64,000 nucleotides of DNA from Planctomycetota bacterium. GTDB taxonomy: Bacteria; Planctomycetota; B15-G4. The position numbers were made by a program, and so were the translations under genes. Of the stretch, positions 41,227 to 49,854 are shown one piece after another. The stretch covers positions 4,000,001 through 4,064,000 of the forward strand of contig CBDFJQ010000002.1 of the NCBI GenBank assembly GCA_965248575.1, written 5' to 3'. Position 1 is the stretch's first letter; every line of letters starts with the position of its first letter. Below the pieces are notes generated by a model. The model saw nothing but the letters and a program-made list of their open reading frames with translations, did not search any database and was not told the DNA's origin.

Positions 41227-42888
41227 ATGAGTGACCGTCCCTACACGCCCGTGCGCGCCCCCCGCGGCGCGGAGCTGAGCTGTCGGAGTTGGCTGACCGA
41301 GGCGCCCTTGCGCATGCTCATGAACAACCTCGACCCGGAGGTTGCAGAGGAGCCCGAGCGGCTTGTCGTGTATGGCGGCTCAGGCAAGGCGGCGCGCAGC
41401 TGGCGCGACTTCGATGCGATCTGTGATGCCTTGCGGGTGCTGGGGGACGACGAGACCCTGCTCATGCAGTCGGGCCGCGCGGTGGGTGTGTTCAAGACTC
41501 ACGCAGACGCCCCCCGGGTGCTGATTGCCAACAGCAACCTGGTCCCCAAGTGGAGCACCTGGGAGCACTTCAACGAGCTGGAGCGCCAAGGCTTGATCAT
41601 GTTCGGCCAGATGACGGCCGGCTCGTGGATCTACATTGGCAGCCAGGGAATCGTCCAGGGCACCTACGAGACCTTCATGTCGGCGGCGGACCGGCACTTC
41701 GACGGCAGCCTCACGGGGCGCCTCGTCGTGACGGGAGGCTTGGGTGGCATGGGCGGCGCGCAGCCCCTGGCGGCGTGCATGGCGGGCGCAACCTTCTTGG
41801 CGGCCGACGTCGATCCCCGGCGCATCGAGAAGCGCCTGGAGACGCGCTACATCGACAAGATGACTGACAACCTCGACGAGGCCATCAAGACGGCCCTCGA
41901 ATGGAAGGCCGCGGGCGCCGCGAAGTCCATCGGTTGGGTCGGGAATCAGGTCGATCTGCTGCAGGCCTTGATCGACAGGGATGTCGTGCCCGACTTGCTC
42001 ACCGACCAGACGAGTGCCCATGACCCTGTCGATGGCTATGTCCCCACGGGGATGACCTTCGAGGAGGCGGTCGCGCTGCGGGGCAGGGATCGTGACGGTT
42101 ACCGGCGCAGGTCCCTCGACACGATGGTGGCGCACATTGCCGCCATGCGCGCGCTGCAGGACAAGGGCGCCGTCACCTTCGACTACGGCAACAACCTGCG
42201 CGGTTTCGCGACGGAGGCTGGGTCACCCGACGCCTTCAAGATTCCCGGCTTCGTGCCGGAGTACATCCGGCCGCTCTTCTGTCTCGGCAAGGGGCCGTTC
42301 CGGTGGGCAGCCTTGAGTGGCGACCCGAAGGACATCGCGGTCACGGATGAGGCGGTCCTGCGCCTCTTTCCGGAAGACGCCGCCTTGGCACGTTGGATCA
42401 AGTTGGCCGGCGAGCGCATCGCCTTCCAAGGCCTGCCGGCACGCATTTGCTGGCTCGGCTATGGGGACCGCGCCAAGCTGGGGTTGGAGATCAACCGACT
42501 CGTCGCGACGGGCGAGATCTCTGCACCCGTTGCCATCGGGCGAGACCATCTCGACTGCGGCTCCGTGGCCTCTCCCAACCGGGAGACCGAGGGCATGAAG
42601 GATGGGTCCGACGCCATTTCGGATTGGGCGTTGTTGAACGCGCTGTTGAACACGTCCTCCGGTGCGACGTGGGTGTCTTTTCATCACGGCGGCGGTGTCG
42701 GGATGGGGTACAGCCAGCATGCGGGTCAGGTCACGGTGGCCGATGGAACCGAGGCGGCCGCCCGGCGTTTGGAGCGTGTGCTGACCAACGACCCAGGGAC
42801 CGGAGTGATGCGTCACGCTCACTCGGGCTATGAAGAGGCGTTGGAGTGCGCCAAGGAGCGAGGCATGAATCTGCCGGGCTTGACCTAG
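41227..42888 (+). CDS. hutU: Urocanate hydratase
   Basis: [66 protein letters not shown]. Confidence 0.98.
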   Translation: MSDRPYTPVRAPRGAELSCRSWLTEAPLRMLMNNLDPEVAEEPERLVVYGGSGKAARSWRDFDAICDALRVLGDDETLLMQSGRAVGVFKTHADAPRVLIANSNLVPKWSTWEHFNELERQGLIMFGQMTAGSWIYIGSQGIVQGTYETFMSAADRHFDGSLTGRLVVTGGLGGMGGAQPLAACMAGATFLAADVDPRRIEKRLETRYIDKMTDNLDEAIKTALEWKAAGAAKSIGWVGNQVDLLQALIDRDVVPDLLTDQTSAHDPVDGYVPTGMTFEEAVALRGRDRDGYRRRSLDTMVAHIAAMRALQDKGAVTFDYGNNLRGFATEAGSPDAFKIPGFVPEYIRPLFCLGKGPFRWAALSGDPKDIAVTDEAVLRLFPEDAALARWIKLAGERIAFQGLPARICWLGYGDRAKLGLEINRLVATGEISAPVAIGRDHLDCGSVASPNRETEGMKDGSDAISDWALLNALLNTSSGATWVSFHHGGGVGMGYSQHAGQVTVADGTEAAARRLERVLTNDPGTGVMRHAHSGYEEALECAKERGMNLPGLT

Positions 42889-42921
42889 GCGCGCAGCTAG
42901 GCGCACCTAGGCGCACCTAGG
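42884..42921. repeat. Short tandem repeat of CTAGGCGCA(C/G)-like units starting at the hutU stop
   Basis: CCTAGGCGCGCAG-CTAGGCGCAC-CTAGGCGCAC-CTAGG. Confidence 0.75.
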
Positions 42922-43076
42922 GACGCAGCGGCCACGAGCTGGACACAAGCTCGGGTCGTGTTGGCATTCAGTGCTGCAATCCGGGCGTCTGATTCACAAC
43001 AATGGTGCCGAGGCATCATCGTGCGTTGGGGTTCTCTGCGACGGTGGGCCACACCCGTAGTCCGTGAGGAAGTGCC

Positions 43077-44237
43077 ATGGCAGGCTCTGATGAATTCGAG
43101 AAGGTCTTTGCATCGAGCGAACCACCGGGAGGGGGGCCGTCTCGACCGCAGCCAACGGGTGGCAGTAAGGTGGCTCTCTTCGCAGCGATCGGCGCTCTCC
43201 TGCTGCTCGGGGTGACCGTCCTGGCGAGCGGGCAGGGCGGAGTCATCGAGGTGCAAGCTGATCAGGTGGCCGTGATTGCCAGCTATCTGAGCGGGGAGAC
43301 CGAAGTGGTCCTCTCCCCCGGCTACCGCTTCTTCGTGCCCTTTCTCCAGCAGGGCTATCTCTTTGACAAGAGCGTGCAGGAGTTCGTCATGGAGGGCGAT
43401 GTCGATCGGGACGCCAACCATGTGAAGAAATTGACGGTGCGAGCGAACGATGGGTCGAACCTCTGGTTCGACAAGATGCAGCTGCAGTACCGGATCATCC
43501 CCAACATGGCCGATATCGTGCTGGCTGACTCGGGTGAGCAGGAGGAGTTCAAGCGGAACTGGGTCCGTGCCTACGCCCGGTCCATCCTCCGGGATGAGTT
43601 CGGCAAGTTCTCATCGTCCGACATCGCCGACCCCACCAACTACAACATTGCCGCTGCGGATGCGCGCGCGCGGCTCAATGAGGTGCTGCACGAGCACGGC
43701 ATCGACATCATCCAGATCATCACGCCGAAGCCCAAGTTCGACGAGCGCTATGAGACGGCCATCGAGGACCGGAAGGTCGCGAACCAGGAGGTCGAACGCA
43801 TCAAGGCTCGCGCGGAGCAGCTTCGGCGCGAGCGCGAGCGGTTGGTGGCAGAGATCGACGCAACCAAGGCCGTCGAGTACGAGGTGCTCAAGGGAACTCT
43901 TGGGGCCGAGCTCATTTCCGCGGGTCGCGAAAAGATCCGCATCGAGCGATCTGCGGATGCCTACAAGACCAAGGTCGTCTCTGAAGGTGAATCCGCCAGG
44001 GCGCAGCTCGTTGAGAAGGCCAGGGGCATGACAGAGAAGGCCGTCAAGGAGGCTGAGGGTCTCAGGGCCAAGACCGATGCCCTGGCCAAGCAAGGTGAGG
44101 TTCTCGTGCGCGAAGTTCTTGCGCAACGCCTGACGGACATCACCTTCAAGCTCGTGCCCTATACCCGTGATGCACAACCCCAGAGAGTTGAGCTCGAAAG
44201 CTCGGACGGCACTCTCGAGCTGGGAGGTAACCGATGA
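43077..44237 (+). CDS. SPFH/band-7 domain protein (subunit 1)
   Basis: N-terminal TM; PGYRFFVPF; ARSILRDEFG; coiled-coil C-terminus. Confidence 0.85.
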   Translation: MAGSDEFEKVFASSEPPGGGPSRPQPTGGSKVALFAAIGALLLLGVTVLASGQGGVIEVQADQVAVIASYLSGETEVVLSPGYRFFVPFLQQGYLFDKSVQEFVMEGDVDRDANHVKKLTVRANDGSNLWFDKMQLQYRIIPNMADIVLADSGEQEEFKRNWVRAYARSILRDEFGKFSSSDIADPTNYNIAAADARARLNEVLHEHGIDIIQIITPKPKFDERYETAIEDRKVANQEVERIKARAEQLRRERERLVAEIDATKAVEYEVLKGTLGAELISAGREKIRIERSADAYKTKVVSEGESARAQLVEKARGMTEKAVKEAEGLRAKTDALAKQGEVLVREVLAQRLTDITFKLVPYTRDAQPQRVELESSDGTLELGGNR

Positions 44238-45340
44238 CTCGTTTCGCCAGGTCGCTCGCAACAACCGTGACCATTCTCGTGGTCTTGGCAGTCGGCTGCA
44301 TGCTCTTCTTCGAGCGCGTTCAACCCATGGACATCGGGGTGCGACAATCGCTTTGGGGCGGAGGTATCAGCCAGGAAGACTTCACGACGGGCACGTATCT
44401 GGGGATCACGGGAGTGCACAAGTGGCACTACCTTCCGCGTCGGACCCACTTCCTCCATTTCACCGGTGCTGCCAGTGGTCGCGGGATCAACTCCACCGGG
44501 CAAGGCTCACATGGATTGGCTTCCACGATGTGGAACCAGCCCATGGAGCTACGCACGACAGACGGCAACCTCACGACCATCGACCTGACGGTGCCCTATC
44601 GGATCATCGAGGGTGGCGCGTGGAAGATCGTCTCCGACGGCATCAAGGCCGACTACACGGAGAATGTGAAATCCAAGGTAGAGAGCGTGCTCAGGAGCAA
44701 GTTGTCCAAGCTGACGTCGGAGGACTTCCAGAGCACGGAGAAACGCCTGCTCAGGGCTGCCGAGGTGTTGCCTCTTCTCAATGAGACCTTGGCCGAGTTC
44801 TACGTGCAGGCGGACACCATCCTGATCCGCCGCGTTTCCTTCGGCAACCAGTACGAAGGGAAGCTCCAGGAGAAGCAGTTCTACACCCAGAAGGCGCTGC
44901 TCGACATCGCGCTGACGGGGCAGGCCGACGAGGAGAAGGTCACCAACTCGATCGAGAAGCAGATCGAAGCAGAGATCAAGTCGAAGACCGAGGAGTGGAA
45001 CAAGACGTTGCAGGAGGAGCGGAGTCGCTACCAGGTGCTCGTCGCTGAGGTTGCTGCAGAGGCTCTGGTCTATGAGAGCCGCGTCCGCGCCGAAGGTGAA
45101 GCGGAATCCATTTCGCGGGAGGCGGCTGGACAGCTCGCGGTGGATCAGGCGGAGGCGCTGCGAAACCAGTTGCGCAACGAGATCCTCAACTCCACGGGTG
45201 GCTCCATCTTCCTGGCCATGGAAGCGGCCCAGAACCTGCGGGTGCGAGAGGTCACCTTGAACAGCAACGACCCGCGCGTACCGCTGGTCATGGATCTGGC
45301 CGAGATGGCGACGCTCCTGATGTCCGACGGAACGCCCTAG
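44234..45340 (+). CDS. SPFH/band-7 domain protein (subunit 2)
   Basis: TM; RTTDGN..IDLTVPYRI; coiled coil; ATGA overlap. Confidence 0.85.
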   Translation: MTRFARSLATTVTILVVLAVGCMLFFERVQPMDIGVRQSLWGGGISQEDFTTGTYLGITGVHKWHYLPRRTHFLHFTGAASGRGINSTGQGSHGLASTMWNQPMELRTTDGNLTTIDLTVPYRIIEGGAWKIVSDGIKADYTENVKSKVESVLRSKLSKLTSEDFQSTEKRLLRAAEVLPLLNETLAEFYVQADTILIRRVSFGNQYEGKLQEKQFYTQKALLDIALTGQADEEKVTNSIEKQIEAEIKSKTEEWNKTLQEERSRYQVLVAEVAAEALVYESRVRAEGEAESISREAAGQLAVDQAEALRNQLRNEILNSTGGSIFLAMEAAQNLRVREVTLNSNDPRVPLVMDLAEMATLLMSDGTP

Positions 45341-46221
45341 GACGCCGGCTTGGTGCCGGAGATCAGGAAGATCTCCCCTGGTAGCTCCAGCTTCCCGTTG
45401 GAGTGCCAGGGGAGAACGCGCTTCGCCACCGCTTGGCGAATGCGTTCGACGTCCAGCGGGTCGAGCTCCGCAAAGCGTTCTCCAATGGACGGGGAGATCA
45501 TGCGCTGCACGTCGACGAGTTGAGCAGGCTGGATCTGCTCGAAGCGCATCTGGATCGCCGCGGTTTCTTCGCGCACGTTCTCGAAGCCAGCTTGCCGAAG
45601 CAGCGCCGAGAGCGACTCCGGTTCCGAGAACTCAAAGGGCGTCTTGGTTCCGGGCTCGAGTGGGGCCGCAGGAAAGCCGGACTCTTCGAGTGCCTTCACC
45701 GTCACTGTGAAGTAGGCATTGTTCTCGCGCGGCCCCCAAACGGCGAACACAGTGCGCCCGTTCGGACGTAGGCAGCGCAAGGCGTCCTCCAAGGCGCGCA
45801 GTGGCTCGTCGAAGAACATGATGCCGAAGCGGCTGGTGAGCGCATCGACACTTCCCGTCTTGAAGGGCAGTTGCTCTCCACGCGACTGGATGGGTGCGAC
45901 GCAGAGTCCGGCGCTGCCAGCCCGCTGAGCCGTGGTGCGAACCATCTCTTCGACTCCGTCCAGTGCCAGGACCCTCCCGCCGGGTGCTACGAGCGAGCCC
46001 AAGCGGAGCGAGGGGTCGCCTGGGCCACAGGCCAGATCGACGATCCGCTCACCGGCCTGGGCTCCCAGGCGCTGAAGGAGAGCGTCCGTAGCATCGCGCG
46101 TCATCTGGGCGATGAGCTCGGCGTGCTCGCTCCAGGCGCTGGCCGTCTTGCGCCACTGAGGCAGGGAAACAGCGGCGAAGTTCGATGGTTGGGGCTTGTG
46201 GCTATTCATCGGGTTGTCCAT
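45337..46221 (-). CDS. Class I SAM-dependent methyltransferase (UbiE-like)
   Basis: VDLACGPG, LPF..GSVDA...RFGIMFF, LRPNGR. Confidence 0.9.
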   Translation of the reverse strand: MDNPMNSHKPQPSNFAAVSLPQWRKTASAWSEHAELIAQMTRDATDALLQRLGAQAGERIVDLACGPGDPSLRLGSLVAPGGRVLALDGVEEMVRTTAQRAGSAGLCVAPIQSRGEQLPFKTGSVDALTSRFGIMFFDEPLRALEDALRCLRPNGRTVFAVWGPRENNAYFTVTVKALEESGFPAAPLEPGTKTPFEFSEPESLSALLRQAGFENVREETAAIQMRFEQIQPAQLVDVQRMISPSIGERFAELDPLDVERIRQAVAKRVLPWHSNGKLELPGEIFLISGTKPAS

Positions 46222-46273
46222 ATGGTTGCCATAAGTCGTGTATTCGCATAGCCTTGCGTTGCGTGATTATGCA

Positions 46274-46303
46274 TTGACACCTTTCTTGATCCCGAGGTAG
46301 ACT
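46274..46303 (+). promoter_or_regulatory. Sigma70-type promoter TTGACA-N18-TAGACT for the cytochrome c peroxidase gene
   Basis: Perfect -35 hexamer in an AT-richer intergenic region. Confidence 0.55.
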
Positions 46304-46419
46304 TCTCCAGCCAATCAGCGGTCCGTAGGTCCCTTCTCTGCGGCGCGCTTGCTGGTCCCGGTCTCACTGACATAGACATTCTTCATCCCTTCCTTCTCTT
46401 CCGCATCGCAGAGGTCCGA

Positions 46420-48090
46420 ATGAACTCCTTCCGTTTCCGCAAGCTCAGCGCCTGCGCGGCCCTCGCTGCCGCCATCATGGCGCCGGCGGCCATCTCGCAG
46501 GCTGACGCGCCACTCCCCAACCCGCCCGAGTTCCCGTTCGAGAACCCGCTGCTGGTTGACCAGGACATCCTGGGCAAGTTCCTGTTCTGGGAAGAGCAGT
46601 TGAGCCACGACAACACCATGTCGTGCGGCACCTGCCACATCCACGAGAATGGCGGAACGGACCCGCGCTCCATCGGAGCCGCGACCCACCCCGGCCCGGA
46701 CAACATGTTCGGAACCGACGACGACATCAATGGCTCGCCTGGCGTGCGTCGCATCGACTTCGCCTCGAACGACCTCCTGTTCTCCTCGTCGCACGGCACG
46801 GCCGCTCAGGCGACGGGCCGCAAGGCTCCGTCCACGATCAACGCCGCCTACTTCAACGACATCTTCTGGGATGGGCGTGCCACCTCGGCCTTCACCGATC
46901 CTCAGACCAACATGGTCGAGATCGCCTACCTCGGCGCTCTGGAGAGCCAGGCTGTGGGACCCCCAGGCTCAGACGTCGAGATGTCCGCTGTGGGTCGTAC
47001 TTGGGATGACATCACCGCCAAGCTGGAGGGGGTGACCCCCATGGCCCTGGCCACGAACCTGCCGCTCGAGATGCAGGACTTCCTCGATTCCAACCCGACC
47101 TACCCGGACATGTTTGCCGCGGTCTACGGCGATGGTGCCGTGACCTCCAAGCGTGTGGGCTTCGCCATCGCCAACTACGAGCGCACGCTCATTGCTGACG
47201 AGACGGCCCTGGATGACTTCCTCAAGGACGTCACCCCGGACCTCGGCCCCTTCCAGGCTGGTTTCGACCTGTTCCAGGGCGACGCCAACTGCGCGACCTG
47301 CCACACCCTTCCGTTCACCATGGACAACGACTACCACAACATCGGTGTCCGCCCGGACGCTGACGATGCGGGTCGCATGGACTTCACGAGTGATCCGGCT
47401 GACGTTGCCAAGTTCAAGACGCCGATGGTCCGCAACTCGGCCCTTCGTCTGCCGCTCATGCACAACGGTTCCATCAACTCCATCACCGAGCTGATCGACT
47501 TCTACGACGTGGGTGGAAACTTCGACGATGGCAACCTGGACATCAACATCCTGGTGCTGAACCTGACGGCTCAGGAGAAGCTGGACCTGGTGGACTTCGT
47601 CGAGAACGGCATGACGGACGCTCGCCTCACCTCCAACGTGTTCCCCTTCACGCGTCCGACGCTCCGCAGTGAGCTTCCTTCGCTGAACACGAACTACGGT
47701 GTCGCCAGTGCTGACAGCATCGGTGGTTTCGCTGGTGTCTACACCAACGGCCCTGCCAACCGCGGCAACGGCAACTTCGTGATCGGCCTCACGGATGCAA
47801 GTCCGAACAAGGCAGCCCAGTTGATCCTCTCCTTCGGGCAGGATCTCGCTGGTACGCCCTACCCGGACCCGCGCTTCCCCGTGCCGGTCAACGTGGGTAT
47901 CGGTTCCATCTTCGTGAAGGCGCCGACCACCACCACCGCGGACGGTCTGGCCAGCTTCAACATGCCGATCCCGAACGACGCGATCCTCGCGGGCTTCAAG
48001 TTCTACGCCCAGTGGTTCGTCGCCGATCCGGGTGCGGTGCCGCCCGGTGGCATCTACGGCACGGACGGTCTGGAGATCCAGATCCTCTGA
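46420..48090 (+). CDS. Di-heme cytochrome c peroxidase (CCP/MauG family) with C-terminal accessory module
   Basis: Signal peptide; LGKFLFWEEQLS; CGTCH and CATCH; FWDGRA; FKTP..RN; PLMHNG. Confidence 0.9.
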   Translation: MNSFRFRKLSACAALAAAIMAPAAISQADAPLPNPPEFPFENPLLVDQDILGKFLFWEEQLSHDNTMSCGTCHIHENGGTDPRSIGAATHPGPDNMFGTDDDINGSPGVRRIDFASNDLLFSSSHGTAAQATGRKAPSTINAAYFNDIFWDGRATSAFTDPQTNMVEIAYLGALESQAVGPPGSDVEMSAVGRTWDDITAKLEGVTPMALATNLPLEMQDFLDSNPTYPDMFAAVYGDGAVTSKRVGFAIANYERTLIADETALDDFLKDVTPDLGPFQAGFDLFQGDANCATCHTLPFTMDNDYHNIGVRPDADDAGRMDFTSDPADVAKFKTPMVRNSALRLPLMHNGSINSITELIDFYDVGGNFDDGNLDINILVLNLTAQEKLDLVDFVENGMTDARLTSNVFPFTRPTLRSELPSLNTNYGVASADSIGGFAGVYTNGPANRGNGNFVIGLTDASPNKAAQLILSFGQDLAGTPYPDPRFPVPVNVGIGSIFVKAPTTTTADGLASFNMPIPNDAILAGFKFYAQWFVADPGAVPPGGIYGTDGLEIQIL

Positions 48091-48106
48091 TCTGACTCTC
48101 GACGAG

Positions 48107-48172
48107 CGTTCGGCTTAGGCCGAACGGGAGACGGGCGTCGCGGCTTCATGGCTGCGGCGCCCGTCTTCAATT
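48107..48172 (+). terminator. Tandem hairpins between convergent genes; probable terminator
   Basis: CGTTCGGC-TTAG-GCCGAACG, then AGACGGGCGTCGCGGC-TTCATG-GCTGCGGCGCCCGTCT followed by TCAATT. Confidence 0.65.
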
Positions 48173-48234
48173 CCGGGCCAGGCGGTCAAGCGATCTGTCG
48201 CAGACTTCGCCCGATCCGATAGCGCCCGACCCCG

Positions 48235-49854
48235 CTAGCGCTTGAGACAGGGTGTCGACTGCATGCTGTCCGAGCGGCCTGAACTCACCGAGCGGCTTGC
48301 GCCGACATAGCCCAGCTGGGACAGGCGCTCCCGGGCCTCTGCGTCGAGTGTGTCCAGCTTCAGCTCGCCCTGGTGCCGGGGGTCCGCGAGGAAGTCGCGC
48401 AGCATGAGCCACAGCGGCTGCAGCTCTTCGGGCAACCCGCGCCCGCCTTCCAGTGCGGACAGCTGGAAGCCGTCCAGCAGGTTGAGCTGTTCCAGGGGGT
48501 CTGCCAGCAGGTCATAGGCCTCGATACAGTCGATCTCGAAGCCCGTGGCCGAGTTCTGATACGGGCTCTTGCGAGGGAAGACGTGGTCGGGGTTGTAGAT
48601 GAGTTTGTGCTTCCCGTCGCTCACGGCGTAGATGAGGTCCTGCCATTCGATGATGGCGTGGGTGGGCGCGGCCGCGCCCGATTCGCCTCGCAGCATGGGG
48701 CCGAGGCTCATGCCTTCCATGGAAGGGTCTGGGGGCAGGTCGAGCAGGTCGATCACCGTGGGTGCGATGTCGATGTTGCGGACGACGTTCTGGATGCGCA
48801 GCCCCCGTTGGAGCTCGGGCCCTGAGATGATGAGCGGCACTCGCACCACACCGTCGTAGATCGACGCGCCGTGATAGTAGTAGCGGTTGTGGTCGTACAG
48901 CTCTTCGCCGTGGTCGGAGGTGAACACGACGAGGGTGTTCTCCAGTTCGCCGAGTTCCGCCAGCTGATCGAGGATGCGGGCCAGGCGATCGTCGGTTGCG
49001 TGGACAGTCCCGTCGTACAACCCGCGGACCCGGGCCAACTCCAGCTCGGAAGCCTCAGGGCTCTTGCCCAGGGTGATTCCGTTGAGGTAGCCGTCCAGCT
49101 TGAGCTCCGAGTTGGGGCCCGGTGACCGGATGGCGTCGGGAAGCCCCTTGGTCTTGCCGTAGCTGTCGATGAAACCGGCCGGCGGGTTGTAGGGCTTGTG
49201 GATGTTGTAGAAGTGCGTCCAGACCGCGAAGGGCTTGTCCGTATCCAACGTGTTGAGGTAGTTCTTGGTGGCCCGCTCGACCCGGTCGTCCCACTCGACC
49301 TGCAGGCGACCCTCATCACCCCGCTTGAGGGCGTTGCGCCTCCCGCCGTACCCGTCCGAGGCCACGTCCGCGCCCCGGGCAACCCAGCCGTCCACGGGGT
49401 GCCTCACCTCGAAGTTGGCGATGAACACGCCCGTCTGATAACCGACGCCGCTCAAGTGTTCGATGAGCGTCGTGTGCTCGGTCGGCAGGGGGAAGGCGTT
49501 CTCCCTCAAGCCGGTGGTGGCCGGGTATTTGCCCGTGAGCATGGAAGCGATGGACGGGTGCGTTTGACCTCGAGGAGCGTAGGCCGTCTCGAAGACGACC
49601 CCTGTCTCAGCGAGGGCATCCACCCGGGGAGAGGGGCTCGTGTCCCACTCGTCGTTTCCGTAGGCACCCAGGCGATCAGCCCGCAGGGTGTCCCAGCTCA
49701 CGAGCAGCAGGTTGATGTCCTTGGGCGGAGTCGGGTCGCCGCACGCGGGGAGCAAGAACGGGACAAGCAAGAGGCTCAACCCCAAGCTGACGGGAGCCAG
49801 CGCTGGGTTTCTTGCGTGCGGCTCGGCGTGGGGGCCTGCGTACGAGTCGTTCAA
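48235..49854 (-). CDS. Sulfatase-like hydrolase (alkaline phosphatase superfamily), putative lipoprotein
   Basis: DTLRADRL, THPSIASMLTG, HKPY, SDHGEE, HG, DIAPT, LSQLGY; TTG start overlapping the upstream TGA; lipobox LPAC. Confidence 0.88.
   Translation of the reverse strand: MNDSYAGPHAEPHARNPALAPVSLGLSLLLVPFLLPACGDPTPPKDINLLLVSWDTLRADRLGAYGNDEWDTSPSPRVDALAETGVVFETAYAPRGQTHPSIASMLTGKYPATTGLRENAFPLPTEHTTLIEHLSGVGYQTGVFIANFEVRHPVDGWVARGADVASDGYGGRRNALKRGDEGRLQVEWDDRVERATKNYLNTLDTDKPFAVWTHFYNIHKPYNPPAGFIDSYGKTKGLPDAIRSPGPNSELKLDGYLNGITLGKSPEASELELARVRGLYDGTVHATDDRLARILDQLAELGELENTLVVFTSDHGEELYDHNRYYYHGASIYDGVVRVPLIISGPELQRGLRIQNVVRNIDIAPTVIDLLDLPPDPSMEGMSLGPMLRGESGAAAPTHAIIEWQDLIYAVSDGKHKLIYNPDHVFPRKSPYQNSATGFEIDCIEAYDLLADPLEQLNLLDGFQLSALEGGRGLPEELQPLWLMLRDFLADPRHQGELKLDTLDAEARERLSQLGYVGASRSVSSGRSDSMQSTPCLKR

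Noticed and set aside
42884..42921. CRISPR array or REP element
   Set aside because: 10-bp units with no spacers and no cas genes.
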